DNA from: Chiloscyllium plagiosum
Lineage: Eukaryota
DNA length: 44,914 nt
Assembly: GCF_004010195.1 (NCBI RefSeq)
Contig: NC_057756.1
Span: 8,620,208 to 8,665,121 of the forward strand
Direction of reading: 5' to 3'
Under the pieces are notes generated by a model that made no database searches, was not told where the DNA came from, and saw only the letters and a program-made list of their open reading frames with translations. The translations under genes and the position numbers were made by a program. Shown here one piece after another: positions 34,501 through 44,577 of the stretch (positions are counted from its first letter, which is position 1; each line of letters starts with the position of its first letter).

Positions 34501-36150
34501 AACCACACGAAAACGACTACTGCTGAGGTTTAAGGACCCCATACCAACAGCCAACAGAACAAATGTAATATACAAATACCTTGCAAGGACTCACATTGGA
34601 CAAACCAGCAGGAAACTAGCCACCAGGATACATGAGCGCAAGCTAGCTAACAAAAACATGACCAACTATCACTAGTTTCCATACACACAGATGAAGAGGA
34701 ACACCAGTCGATTGGGACGATGCATCCATCCTGGGACAGGCCAAACAAAGATGTGCGGGGATTCCTTGAGGCCTGGTATTCAAACTGTATTTCCATTAAC
34801 AAACCAGTCTGGACCTGTTTTACTAACCTCTCAGAAACAACTGGAAATGATATCGCTCCCCACAACCATTCAAGACACATTGCAAGCGGGACAGAATACC
34901 AACGTTTCAGCGGAGGTTCACTAAAGTTACCTAGCATGGTGACAAAACAGCGGCAAACAATCCCACCAGCTCAGTGAGCAAACTGAAAACTTGAGTGACA
35001 AACCATCTCCAAAATCTCAAACAGTCAACCTCTTGTCATTTTAGGTATATAATTTTGACAGTTAAGCAAGAGCACCAGTTTACAAGGTGCTGGTTAAATA
35101 AAAAACTTACGATCCTAATTATAGTAATTCAATAACAGGACCCACTCAGTCCACACAGCACCTTAAAGCAAGGTGAACTCCTGATTCCCCCCCACCCCCA
35201 ACCTTTGGTTACAGCTGTAAAGTTCCAACACTCTCAGCACTGACCTGAAACAGCAGAAATAACATTGAGCAGTGCGAGCAGTACTCCCCATTGGATGGAT
35301 CTCTGTAACAAGAAAACACAGTTAACCCCTTCACAACAGATTGTTGCTGGCACCTCTTTGCTTCACCACCTTCCCCAGATACCAAGCCTTTCCTTTTGTG
35401 ACCAGACGTTGGGGTGAGAGTAGCAGAGCAGAGAGGGCTTGGTGACAGGTTCCAGAATCTGTAGGAGCGACTCCTGTTCCTGGAAACAAACTAAAGGGAA
35501 GGGGCAGGATCACAGTGTTCCTTCATCTGCAAACTATTTATTGATAGCGAGCAAAATTGGGTGGAGGATTGATTACCCTCACTGTTAGGGAGACCAGGTC
35601 TATCAGTGCGGAGGAAGGAATGGAACCACAAGGAGAAACAACACGTCAAATCAGTTAATAAAAAGCAGCTAATCCCCAGCACTGCGCAAGTTCACACACA
35701 CACACACACCCCGTCTCCGTTAGGAAAGTGAAATCACTATTTATTTCGGCAGAGCCCCGTTGCCACCCCGGTCTGTCCCTCCCTTCCCTCCATCATAATA
35801 GCCTTCTGCTCTTTTCATTTCCCCACTTCGTGTCTGTTCTCCAACCCCACCAGACATGGGGATGGGAGGAGTGCGGGATAATGGGGAGGAATCAGGAACG
35901 GTCCAGACACCAGTCTGAGAGAAGTTGCTGGGGATGAGGGGTGGTGAAACGTCAGAAACACTATTATTTCTTCTAACAAAACTCGGAACGAACTCGAAAC
36001 GTTAACTCTGTTCTTATCTCTGTAAAGCTTGCTGTGTTTCTGCGGCACTTTCACTTTCCATTTCCGCGAAGCGTTGCTTTTTTTATTCCCCCCCCCCAAC
36101 AACTGCGGTGCTGCCAAGCAAATACATACCTGCATCTGCTTTCCGTCCAT
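22434..36150 (-). CDS. Single-IgV B7/butyrophilin-family-like type I membrane protein (CD276/VTCN1/HHLA2-like V domain); whole gene model, 6 coding exons, 241 aa
   Basis: Exons 36150-36130, 35302-35245, 29040-28696, 27485-27447, 24697-24601, 22599-22434. All introns are GT-AG and phases 0,1,1,1,2 join into one 726-nt ORF: MDGKQMQRSIQWGVLLALLNVISAVSGDSPVSVIGIVGEQILLPCIYKGHVPVSNLLVVWGISKRDILWKFIDGSDDLTEQDARFGNRTDLFKDQLEQGNWSILISDLRESDQDEYVCYIYKRITVGYNLEQADFIHLSLAERIDTARLNTPVPGPGLSGDQKTAIAFAVFFMSVYVAVIASSLIRRTCNKKQVSSTPKEAPNDDPLREVICTQSLVPTAPEHQDGASGEQKLLGNGAVQY*. Confidence 0.8.
22690..23130 (+). mobile_element. Old CR1-type LINE fragment (intronic)
   Basis: TGGCAGATGGAATAT and LVRPHVEYHVQFWSP-like motif. 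Confidence 0.7.
24601..24697 (-). CDS. IgV gene exon 5: transmembrane helix
   Basis: tttctag|GT...AGACG|gtgagt. GPGLSGDQKTAIAFAVFFMSVYVAVIASSLIR is a hydrophobic stretch followed by basic residues. Confidence 0.85.
25306..25622 (-). mobile_element. Young Penelope-like 3' fragment / terminal repeat
   Basis: Reverse complement resembles ~1010-1320; carries an intact hammerhead-like core. Confidence 0.85.
25351..25385 (-). ncRNA. Minimal type I hammerhead ribozyme motif in a Penelope terminal repeat
   Basis: Minus strand ATTC-CTGATGA-AGGGC TTTT GCCC-GAAAC-GTC-GAT: both core boxes, stem II GGGC/GCCC and a GUC triplet. Confidence 0.6.
25623..26090 (+). mobile_element. Solo LTR related to the Gypsy LTR (5' end cut by Penelope)
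   Basis: Ends CCATAACA like 13930-13937 and shares TGGCCA..TCTC..GCT and AATAAA.TT..GT.T..TTAAAAC blocks. No PBS follows. Confidence 0.7.
26098..27215 (-). mobile_element. CR1-type LINE RT and 3' end
   Basis: WIHNWLDGRTQKV...SDWRPVTS..PHGLVLGALLFVIYINDLDE...KFADD and WQVKFNIDKCEVLHFG. Confidence 0.9.
27447..27485 (-). CDS. IgV gene exon 4: 39-nt stalk exon
   Basis: gttttctttag|AG...CCAG|gtaaat, phase 1-1, ERIDTARLNTPVP. Confidence 0.65.
28696..29040 (-). CDS. IgV gene exon 3: immunoglobulin V-set domain, B7/butyrophilin type
   Basis: ttttccag|GT...GCAG|gtaagc, 345 nt, phase 1-1. LPC, C-strand W, QDARFGNRTDLF...GNWSILISDL..SDQDEYVC; N-glycosylation sequons NRT and NWS. Confidence 0.95.
29270..30090. 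mobile_element. Old CR1-type fragments (+ 29270-29545, - 29550-30090)
   Basis: VQFSSLYLRK / FRRMEYDLIET-like on +; TTTAAAATTATGCCCTA and CAGAACTGCACAAAGTACTCCAGCTGTGGCCTAACC on -. Confidence 0.65.
30186..30475 (-). mobile_element. HE1-type SINE
   Basis: Full head-to-tail match to the other copies. Confidence 0.9.
30940..31215 (+). mobile_element. CR1-type 3' fragment
   Basis: FKVRGRKFRGDVRKCVFSQRVVGIRNSLP. Confidence 0.8.
31420..31920 (-). mobile_element. CR1-type 3' fragment
   Basis: MKSVDRVN..IFPRMEDFQTR..FTVRGETFK. Confidence 0.85.
32495..35000 (+). mobile_element. Second Penelope-like family: RT (33190-33720) and GIY-YIG (34280-34990), with an inverted GIY-YIG/terminal copy at 32495-33080
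   Basis: FDTIALFTSI, GTPMGSPMSGL, WVNYVDDSF, FLDVMV..TSVYRKATH; NVIYK...HIGQTSRKLATRIHE; minus-strand NVIYKIPYKDCSKHYIGQT. Interrupted by unrelated sequence at ~33735-34280. Confidence 0.9.
35245..35302 (-). CDS. IgV gene exon 2: signal peptide
   Basis: ttcttgttacag|AGA...TCAG|gtcagt, phase 0-1, RSIQWGVLLALLNVISAVS; in frame with the IgV exon. Confidence 0.85.
35693..35709. repeat. (CA)n microsatellite
   Basis: CACACACACACACACAC. Confidence 0.9.
36130..36150 (-). CDS. IgV gene exon 1, coding part (MDGKQMQ)
   Basis: agaATGG Kozak context and CAG|gtatgt donor in phase 0, within a locally CpG-rich segment. The 5' UTR probably extends to ~36300. Confidence 0.75.
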
Positions 36151-36320
36151 TCTTCCTGGGATTAGGAACACGATTAGCGCCGACGGACAGCACGGACACG
36201 AAACATCTTGAGGCCGCTTGAACTGCAACCGAACAGACGACGAGCAACGAATGTATACATGTGAGGTGCAGAGTCCGCTCCTCACAGCAACAACAACTCC
36301 TCAGCCTGAAACCAGTTTCA

Positions 36321-36423
36321 GCGCTCCGAAAGCAAGTGCTTCCAAATAAACCTGTTAGACTATAACCTAGACTTGTGTGGTTCTTAACTGTGTTCACCCG
36401 AACACCTGCGTCTCCAAATGAGT
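36321..36423 (+). mobile_element. 103-bp Penelope-derived short element with a 15-bp target duplication
   Basis: CTGAAACCAGTTTCA at 36306-36320 and 36424-36438. Copy A has the empty site (1480-1494). Confidence 0.85.
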
Positions 36424-36431
36424 CTGAAACC

Positions 36432-36442
36432 AGTTTCACTTT
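36432..36442. promoter_or_regulatory. ISRE/IRF-like motif AGTTTCACTTT
   Basis: Upstream of exon 1 and conserved in both paralogs. Confidence 0.45.
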
Positions 36443-36844
36443 GGGATGTTGTTTATCATCACTTTGCAGACCGATCCACATTTCATAGAGGGAGGACCAG
36501 TCTAAGTGCCTTCCTCTCTCTTCCCTCCCCCCGGCTCTCCATTCACTGTTGTTAACTGTTTCACCCCCTCGGATCCTTGTCTCAATTCAACCCCTTCAGG
36601 GGGAAAGCAACTTTGACCCAGCTTTTCCCGACGGAGCCTGAACCCGGATTCCTAAACCCACCCCCCCCCCCCTCCCTGTGTGAGAATGGAAAAGTCCGGA
36701 CCCATCCCGGAACACAGTGATCTCTGAACAGAGAGAGAATGCCTGCGTTATTCCCTGGTTAACAGTTATCGCCCGAGGGCGCTTTACAGCACGGAAGAAG
36801 GCAATTTGAACAGTGAAGCAATGAAACATTCTCCGATAACCAAG

Positions 36845-36948
36845 ATTTGGAGATGCCGGTGTTGGATTGGGGTGTCCAAAGTTTTTTTTTTAAAATCACA
36901 CAACACCACGTTATGGTCCAACAATCTGGTGTTGTGAGATTTTTAACT
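36845..36948. mobile_element. Short hairpin element of the same family as 14716-14825
   Basis: ATTTGGAGATGCCGGTGTTGGA...CTGGTGTTGTGAGATTTTTAA flanked by imperfect TCC(G/C)ATAACCAA repeats; absent in copy A. Confidence 0.75.
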
Positions 36949-36969
36949 CCCATAACCAAAGTTGTTCAA

Positions 36970-38360
36970 CCCCTCCAACTGCAACAAGGATAGACCCCAC
37001 CCCCCTTGGTCTTCACCTTCCACCCCACCAATCTTCCGATATAACGCACCATCCACCACCTGTAGTCAGACCCCACCACCAGAGATATATTTCCTTTCCC
37101 TCCCCCATCGGCGTTCTCCAGCGGAGTGGGATCATTCGGCGCAGAACTGGTTTGTAGTTATTCAGTAGTAGTTATTAAACTACTATTATTAAAATAAAAT
37201 ATATTTTGGCGCAGACCCATTTTGCGCAGAACTGGTTTGTAGTTATTCAGTAGTAGTTATTAAACTACTGTTATTAAAATTATTAAAATAAAACATTAAT
37301 ATTCAAATTATTAAAATAAAATAAAACCCGTTAAAATGCCATCAATAATTTTGTATTTGCCTTATTTCTTTCATTTTTATTTTCTTTTTAACATTTTTAC
37401 TGAAGAGGATAAACATTATTTTTCTTTTTATTGCTTTCATTAATGCTTGTAAGCAACCCTGAAAAGGAATAAATAAGAGCTGCGCCAAATCGCTCGTGCC
37501 AAAATGGGTCTGTGCCGAAATGGGTAGCGCCAAACCAGCCGTGCCGAATCGTTCGCGTCAAAGTGGCTGCGCCGAATGGTCCTACACCTGTTCTGCAGAG
37601 ACCATTCCCTCCGCGATTCCCTGGTTCGGTCCATACCCCCACCAACCTACCCTCCACTCCCGTCACCATCCCCTGCCACCACAAGAAGTGTAAAACCTGT
37701 GCCCACATTTCCCCCTCATCTCTATCCGATGCCCCAGAAATCCTTCCACATCCGGCAGAGATTCTCCTGCACATCCAAGTACCTCATCTACTGTGTCCAT
37801 TGCTCTCAATCTGGAGATCATTGGGGAGACAGGATGCCAACTTGTGGAATGTTTTTAGGACACATGCATCAAACAACCCCACCGCCCTATGGCCGGACAC
37901 TTCAACTTCCCCTCCCACTGTGCCAAGAACATGCAAGTCTTGGGCCTCCTCCGAGCCAGCCAATGCCCGGAGGAAGAATACCTCACCTTCCACCTTGGGT
38001 CCCTCTAACCACACAGCATCAATGTCGATTTCACCAATTTCAACTTGTGCCCTCCCCCCCCCACATCATCCCAGATCCAACCCTCCAACTCTGCACCGCC
38101 GTCTTGAACATTTCTATCTGTCCACTCTGACCTATCACCTCCCACCTGCATCTACCAATCACTTTCCCAGCTATCTTCCCCTCTGTTCCAACCCCCTTCC
38201 CCTATTACCTCTCAGGCCCCTCTCCACAATCCTGATGAAGGGCTCATGCCCAAAACATCAATTCTTCTGCAACTTGGATGCTGCCTGACCTGCTGTGCTT
38301 TTCTAACACCACACTTTTTTGACTCTGATCTCCAGCATCTGCAGTCCTCACTCTCTCCTA
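36970..38360 (+). mobile_element. Penelope-like element 3' part (GIY-YIG)
   Basis: SFHIRQRFSCTSKYLIYCVHCSQ; terminal repeat at 38230-38355; interrupted by the MITE. Confidence 0.85.
37122..37589. mobile_element. 468-bp MITE with 23-bp TIRs and a 9-bp TSD (Mutator/MULE-like)
   Basis: TIR CGGAGTGGGATCATTCGGCGCAG (37122-37144) vs reverse complement of 37567-37589 AGGTGTAGGACCATTCGGCGCAG. TSD GTTCTCCAG/GTTCTGCAG. AT-rich core and subterminal G(C/T)GCC(A/G)AA repeats. Confidence 0.8.
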
Positions 38361-39044
38361 TATGGAGAGAAAGCAGTTAACATTTGAATTCAGCTTCCTC
38401 TCCATAGGTGCTGCCAGACCCGCTGATTTTCTCCAGCAATTTTTTTATTCACTTATAAGAAGTGGGTGTCGCAGGCTGGCCAGCATTTATTGTCTGTCCC
38501 GAGCTACTTTCTTTTGTTTGTTTCAGATCTCCAGTTTGTTTTGTTTGTGAATTTTTCACGCAGCAAGTAGTTCGGGTGAGCAGCTCACTGTTGTGGCCGA
38601 GGCAGTTTCAACTGAGACATGCAAGAGGGCATGGGATTGACTTTTGGACAGGAGTGGACTGCAGGGAGGGGAATAGGCAGGAGATTGAGACAACAGGGTG
38701 TGTAGCAACATAATAATTCTTGACATTTAGCATCCTGCTGTCTGCTCAGTAACCAACCAACAGGAAATCGAATGTTTAATAACATTTCCCCTAAACCAGT
38801 GATCACATTATCTTGATAGTTTCAGTTCACTGAATTGAATCTTCAACCATTAACCTTCCCCCTGTCTTGACAGCAGCTCTATTTCTGCTGAAAACAGTGT
38901 CCCCAAATCATGGTCACACAGCACCCATTCCCATCCTTCCCCGTCCCAGCTTCCACACTCTTGCTGATCTCCCATGTTTTAAAACTTCACACAGGGGGGA
39001 ATGGGCATTGTTGGCTAGGTGCCCATCCCGTGTGGCCTGGAATC

Positions 39045-40680
39045 CTAGAATCATACAGAATGGCCCAACCAGTCCATGCTAACCATAATTCAAAACTAAA
39101 CTCTTAAACATTGGAATTGTACCCACATCCACCACATCCTCAGGAAGTTCAATTCCACGTGTGATCCACCCTCTGTGTAAAAAAAATTTGCCTCATGTCT
39201 TTTTTAAGTCTCTCTCCTCTCACCTTAAAAATGTGCCCCCTTGTCATGAAATTTCCCAACTTGGGGAAGAGTCAAGAATGTGTTGCTGGGAACGCACAGC
39301 AGGTCAGGCATCATCCAAGGAGCAGGAGAAAAAACTTTTTCGGCATAAGCTCTTCATCAGGAATTCCTGATGAGGGCTTATGCCCGAAACATCGATTCTC
39401 CTGCTCCTTGGATGCTGCCTGACCTGCTGTGCTTTCCCAGCAACACACTCTCGACTCTGATCTTCAGCATCTACAGTTCTCACTTTCTCCATCTTGGAGA
39501 AAACGCAACTACCATCAATTCCATCTATACTTCATTATTTTATAAACTCTGTCAGGTCACCACTGAACCTCCTATGCTTTAGTGAAAAAAATCTCAACCT
39601 ATTCAGCCTTTCTTTATAACTCAAACCTTCCATACCCGGCAACATCCTGGTAAATCTCTTCTGAACCCTCTCCAGCTTAATAATATCCTTCCTGTAATCG
39701 GGTGACCAGAACTGGACCCAGTAGTCCAGAAGAGGCCTCACTAATGTCCTGTAAAACCTCAACATAATGTCCCAAGTCCTATACTCAAAGGACTGAGAAA
39801 TGAAGGCAAGTGTGCCTTTTTAACAATCCTGACTTTATGTGACACAAATTTTAAAGAATTATATACCTGCATCCCTCAGTTCCTCTATTCTACAACACTG
39901 TCTAAGGCCCCACCGTTAATTGTATGAGCCCGACCCTTGTTAGTTTGTTGTACCGAAATGCAATACCTTGCATTTATCCAGATTGAACTCCATCTGCCAT
40001 TTTTCAGCTCATTGACCCATTTAATCAAGATCCTTTGTAACCTTCTTCACTCTTCATTGTTTTGGTGTCATCTCTGAACTTACTAACCATGCTTTCTATA
40101 TTCTCATCCAAATCATTTGCATTAATGACAAACAAAAGAGGACCCAAAAACCAATCCTTGTGGAACACCACTGGTCACAGGCCTCCAGTCTGAAAAGCAA
40201 CCCTCCACCATTACTCCCTGTCTCCTGCTGTTAAACCAATTATATATCCATTTGGCAAGCTCACCCCTGAATCCCATGCGATCCAACTTTACAAATTAGT
40301 CTACAATGTGGAACCTTGTCAGAGGCTTTACTAAAGTTTAAATGAACATCGTCAGCTTTATTGGTAACTTCCTCAAAAAACTCATTTAAGTTTGTGAGAA
40401 ATGATTTCCCTCGCACAAAAGCCATGTTGACTATCCCTAATCAATTTTTGCCTCTCTAAATGTCCTATCTTTTATAATCACCTCCAACAACTTACCCACA
40501 ACCAAAGTCAGACTCTCAGGTCTGTAGTTCTCAGGTTTCTCCTTACAACCTTTCTTAAACAAAGGTACAACATTAGCAGACTGCCAATGAACAGGCACCG
40601 CACCCATAGTTACAGATGAAAGAAATATTTCTGCAAAGGGATTCATAATTTCTGCCCTTATTTCCCACAAATTGAGGGAT
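39045..40680 (-). mobile_element. CR1-type LINE (RT to 3' end), interrupted by a Penelope hairpin
   Basis: WQSANVVPLFKKG.KEKPENYRP.SLT.VVGKLLE and YRTLVRPLLDYWVQFWSP.YRKDIIKLERVQKRFTRMLPG. Confidence 0.9.
39268..39492. mobile_element. Palindromic pair of Penelope terminal repeats
   Basis: Inverted arms centred on TCATCAGGAATTCCTGATGA (39354-39373). Confidence 0.85.
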
Positions 40681-42537
40681 ACATTAGATCGGGGTGAGAC
40701 AGTTCAGAGTCAACCACGTTGCTATGGGTCTGGAATGACATGTAAGTAAGACTGGTTAAGGACAGCAGACCACTCCCACAATACCCCCACTCCTAACTCC
40801 GGCCTTTCCCCCCTTTATACAGTCCCCCCCCCCCGTTTACTCAGACTGATGAAATCTTTGGAAACAACAAATAAGCTTGGAATTGTTTGGGAGTTCCTGA
40901 GCAACTTCCTCTGGTTAATTTTGGAATTTCCCCACATTGTGCTAAAAGCTGCTTCTCCGTTGAAGGGATTGGAGTAAAACAATAATGTTAAGTGCGTACT
41001 TCCAACAAACTGGTGATCCAGTGCTAAGGCTGGGAGAGGGGGAAGGGACAGGAATTAAGACCCTCCTCTGTACAGTGTGGGTCTCCCTGTGCCCAAGTCT
41101 GATCCTGATCCGGCTCCCGGTTCTGGGAAAGGACCTACAGATACTTACTGTCAATGTCTTCCACCCTGGGAAAGAAAGGGAGGGTGGAAGAGGGAGGGAA
41201 ACTCTCCCTCATCACCTCTTTGCTCAGGGGAATGGATGTGGGTCCTGCTAACAGGAATTACAATTCATCAGCATTTGGGAGTGAGGAAAGATGATGGGAA
41301 AGTAAGTTGGGAAGAGCATGGGAGAGAGCAGAAAGAAAAACTGAGAGTAGGGAGCGATTCAGGAGAGTGGGGGAGGGAGACAGATTGGGGCAGAGATCCG
41401 GGTGGCGAGAGGGGAGAGTGGGTAGGGAGGATAGGAGAAGGATTCAGACTGAAGAGGAGGCAAGAACGGGTTGGCAGATGTTGAGAATGAGAAAGGGATC
41501 AGGGAGAATGGAGAGGCAGAGAGTGGGGATGAAGGTGGGTTTGGGTGTTCAGTAGAACAGCTGCAAATACTGGACTGGACCAGAGATGGAGAGAATAGTT
41601 GAGACAGGGCAGGAAGTGTTTTGGAGATGTGAGGGGAGAAAGCACGTGGAAGGAAGGAAATTGTCTTGGATAACATGAAAACATGGTTGGATCTAGCTGG
41701 AGAAGATAGGGAGATAACAACTTTGCTTTCTACTGGAAATGGTATGTTTTATTCCTGGTCAGTTTGGGGGAATAGCTGCTCAATATAAACCTGGAATTTT
41801 CTGATTTGTCCTTGTGTCTCTCCTTGTGGTTTCATTTCTCCCTCCATACTGACAGGCCTGGTCTCCCTCTCAATAAGGGCAATGAATCCTTGACTTAAAT
41901 TTCCTTATTATTTCTAGATCAGGATAATGACAGAAGACACTCTACTGGATGATATTCCTACCCTTTCCTTCCCACTGCAGTGTTCCGTTTGTTTCTGTAA
42001 ACTGTTAATGGGTGAGTGGAGTTTCTGGAAGTATCATGCACTCCGTGCTGTATTTGAACAGGGAACCAGTGAGAAAACATGATATAGAAAATCATGCAAC
42101 TTTTAGGAACTTGGCACACCTTGCAGCTGGAGGACTGCCAAATATCTGAACTATAAGATAAATGAAAATTAAGAATTTACTTTTAAAAAGCAAGCAGAAA
42201 AGAGGCTTTTTTGAATAATGGAAGACACTGTCACGGAAACAGGAAAAAGTCAAAATAGCAACACATACACAGGGAGAACAGCCATCTTAGAATACAAAAA
42301 GATTGATTTCACCACTAACTCTGTCTGAAAATTTGAGACAAAGACACAAAGTAAGTTGTAAGTACAGTTTTTAAAGTCTTATTTGATTGAATATCCAACT
42401 GATTTTTAAGCTGGTTATAAACATTGTGCACACATTTAAAGTAGAATAGTCATGTTGTAACTGTCTCTGATATTCTATCACACAGTATTCATTTCTATAA
42501 TGTAATTTAAATTGATTGTTACAATAAACATTCACAA

Positions 42538-42850
42538 GCAATTTAGAAAAGCTGGGGCTTTTTTCCCTGGAGTGCTGAAGGCTGGGGGGTGACCAGGTAG
42601 AGGTTTACATAAAATCATGAGGGTCATGAATAGGGTGAATAGCCAAGGCCTTTTTCCTAGGGGGAAGAAGTCCAGAACTAGAGGACATAGGTTAAAGGTG
42701 AGAGGGGAAAAATTTAAAAAGGACTTGAGGGATAACTTTTTCATGAGAGAGTGGTGCATGTATTGAATGAGCTACCAGAGGAAGTGGTTGAGACTGCTAC
42801 AATTACAACATTTAAAAGGAATAGAGTTGGGTGCATGAATAGAAAAGGAA
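42538..42850 (+). mobile_element. CR1-type fragment shared with copy A
   Basis: Collinear with 4258-4565. Confidence 0.85.
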
Positions 42851-42851
42851 T

Positions 42852-43160
42852 AGTGTGGCAAGGTGGCTCAGTGGTTAGCACTGCTGCCTCACAGCACCAG
42901 GGACCTGGGTTTGATTCCCACCTTGGATGACTGCCTGTGTGGAGTTTGCACATTCTCCCCATGTCTGTGTGGGTTTCCTCCCACAATCCAAAAGATGTGC
43001 AGATCAGGTGAATTGGTCATGCTAAATTGCCCATAGTGATAGGTGCATTAGTCAGGGTAAATGTATGAGAATGGGTCTGGGTGGGTTACTCTTCGGAGGG
43101 TTGGTGTGGACTTGTTGGGCCGAAGGGCCTGTTTCAGTACTGTAGGTAATTAATCTAATC
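42852..43160 (+). mobile_element. HE1-type SINE inserted into the CR1 (absent from copy A)
   Basis: GGTGGCTCAGTGGTTAGCACTGCTGCCTCACAGC head and TAATCTAATC tail. Confidence 0.9.
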
Positions 43161-43172
43161 TTTAGAGGAATG

Positions 43173-43497
43173 TAGAATCCCTACAGTGTGATAACAGGCC
43201 CTTCGGCCCTACAAGTCCACACTGGCCCTCTGAAAAGTAACCCAGACCCATTTCCCTATCCTACGTTTTACCCCTGACTAATGTACCTAACCTACACATC
43301 TCAGAACACTGCAGGCAATTTAGTACTGCTGATTCACCTAGTCTTTTGGATTGTGGGAAGAAACCAGAGCACCCGGAGGAAACCCACACAGACATGGAGA
43401 GAATGTGCAAACACCATCTAGACAGTTGCCTGAGGGTGGAATCGAACCCACGTTCCTGGTGCTGTGAGGCTGTAGTGCTAGCTACTGTGCCACCCCA
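43173..43497 (-). mobile_element. HE1-type SINE
   Basis: Inverted, tail-to-tail with the previous SINE. Confidence 0.9.
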
Positions 43498-44577
43498 CAG
43501 ATTTGTCTGCTTTGTTTGAGAGATATGAATCAGAGTCAAATAAGCTGGCACCATATGGGACAAAGTAGACTAATCTGCAAAAATTGGGTAAAGTGCTAAG
43601 AAAACTCAAAAAGAAACTTCCTCTAATCAGAAAGGCATAGGTCCATTCTTGCTGTTCTTCCTTCAGCCTGACTGAAGAACTTTGTGAGGTTGTTATCTGG
43701 CAATTGTAACAGAATACACTACCCATGGATGAGTCATTCATAGTAATCTGGCCTGAGTAAATTTCTGCTAGGCAAATTTAGCAATGAGATGTATCCAAGT
43801 CTATTAAAGACCCCAACATACAGCCTTTTCTGCAGATATTCTTGCTCTTTTCATTTAGCAGGTTGACTTTTTTTTATTTTGATGAGAAGGTCTCTAGTGA
43901 ACCTTGTCATTTTGTTCACTTTATAGAGACAACATATTTCCAAGGCGGACAAACTTTGTGGAAATTTTATCACATAGCAGTTAATTTATTTTCTTCATAC
44001 CTTGGGTATTCCGGGCAAATACGTATAATATGTTTTCTTTACAGGGCAACACAAGCTTCTTGAAAGCTGTAAAAGCTATCGTGATCCTCCATCATCGAAG
44101 GCTAACTATGCTTCTGACATATTACATCTGGCTTTCAACTGCGACAACTTGCTATCATGTGGTATAATGCATATATATCTATAAACAAACATACACAAGA
44201 AAACTGGTTCAGCCAGCTCAAACATTGCTTTTCTGGCCTGATCTCTCTGTGCTGAGTTACATCCTTTCTTTTCAGTCTATTTTAAACCATCAATCCTTCT
44301 CCTTAAATGTCAAGTCAGACTTGAGTAACAAAAGATTCACAGAATTCCATATTTTATTCAATTGTATCAACAATACTAATTAAACTTCGAAAGAGATCAA
44401 TGCACTGATAATTTACATCTCAAACTGTTTTAGAAAACATTGTTTACTTCCTTTGACCGGTTTTGCTTTTGCAATGGCCTCCAGGCTTAATTGTTCGTGT
44501 ACCAAAATGCGAATGGCCTTCAACATTACGAGGTTATGAGCCAAAGGCTGGCAAATGGGATGAAGTCAGATTGGGAT

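Larger units (their letters stand above)
35227..42850 (-). repeat. Segmental duplicate (copy B)
   Basis: Collinear with 373-4575, expanded by several TE insertions. Confidence 0.9.

Noticed and set aside
37136..37580. Spaced short repeats superficially like a CRISPR array
   Set aside because: Eukaryotic context, irregular spacing and no cas genes; explained as MITE subterminal repeats.
37512..38288. 258-aa Pro/Ser/Thr-rich ORF
   Set aside because: Alternative frame across a MITE end and decayed Penelope sequence; not a host gene.
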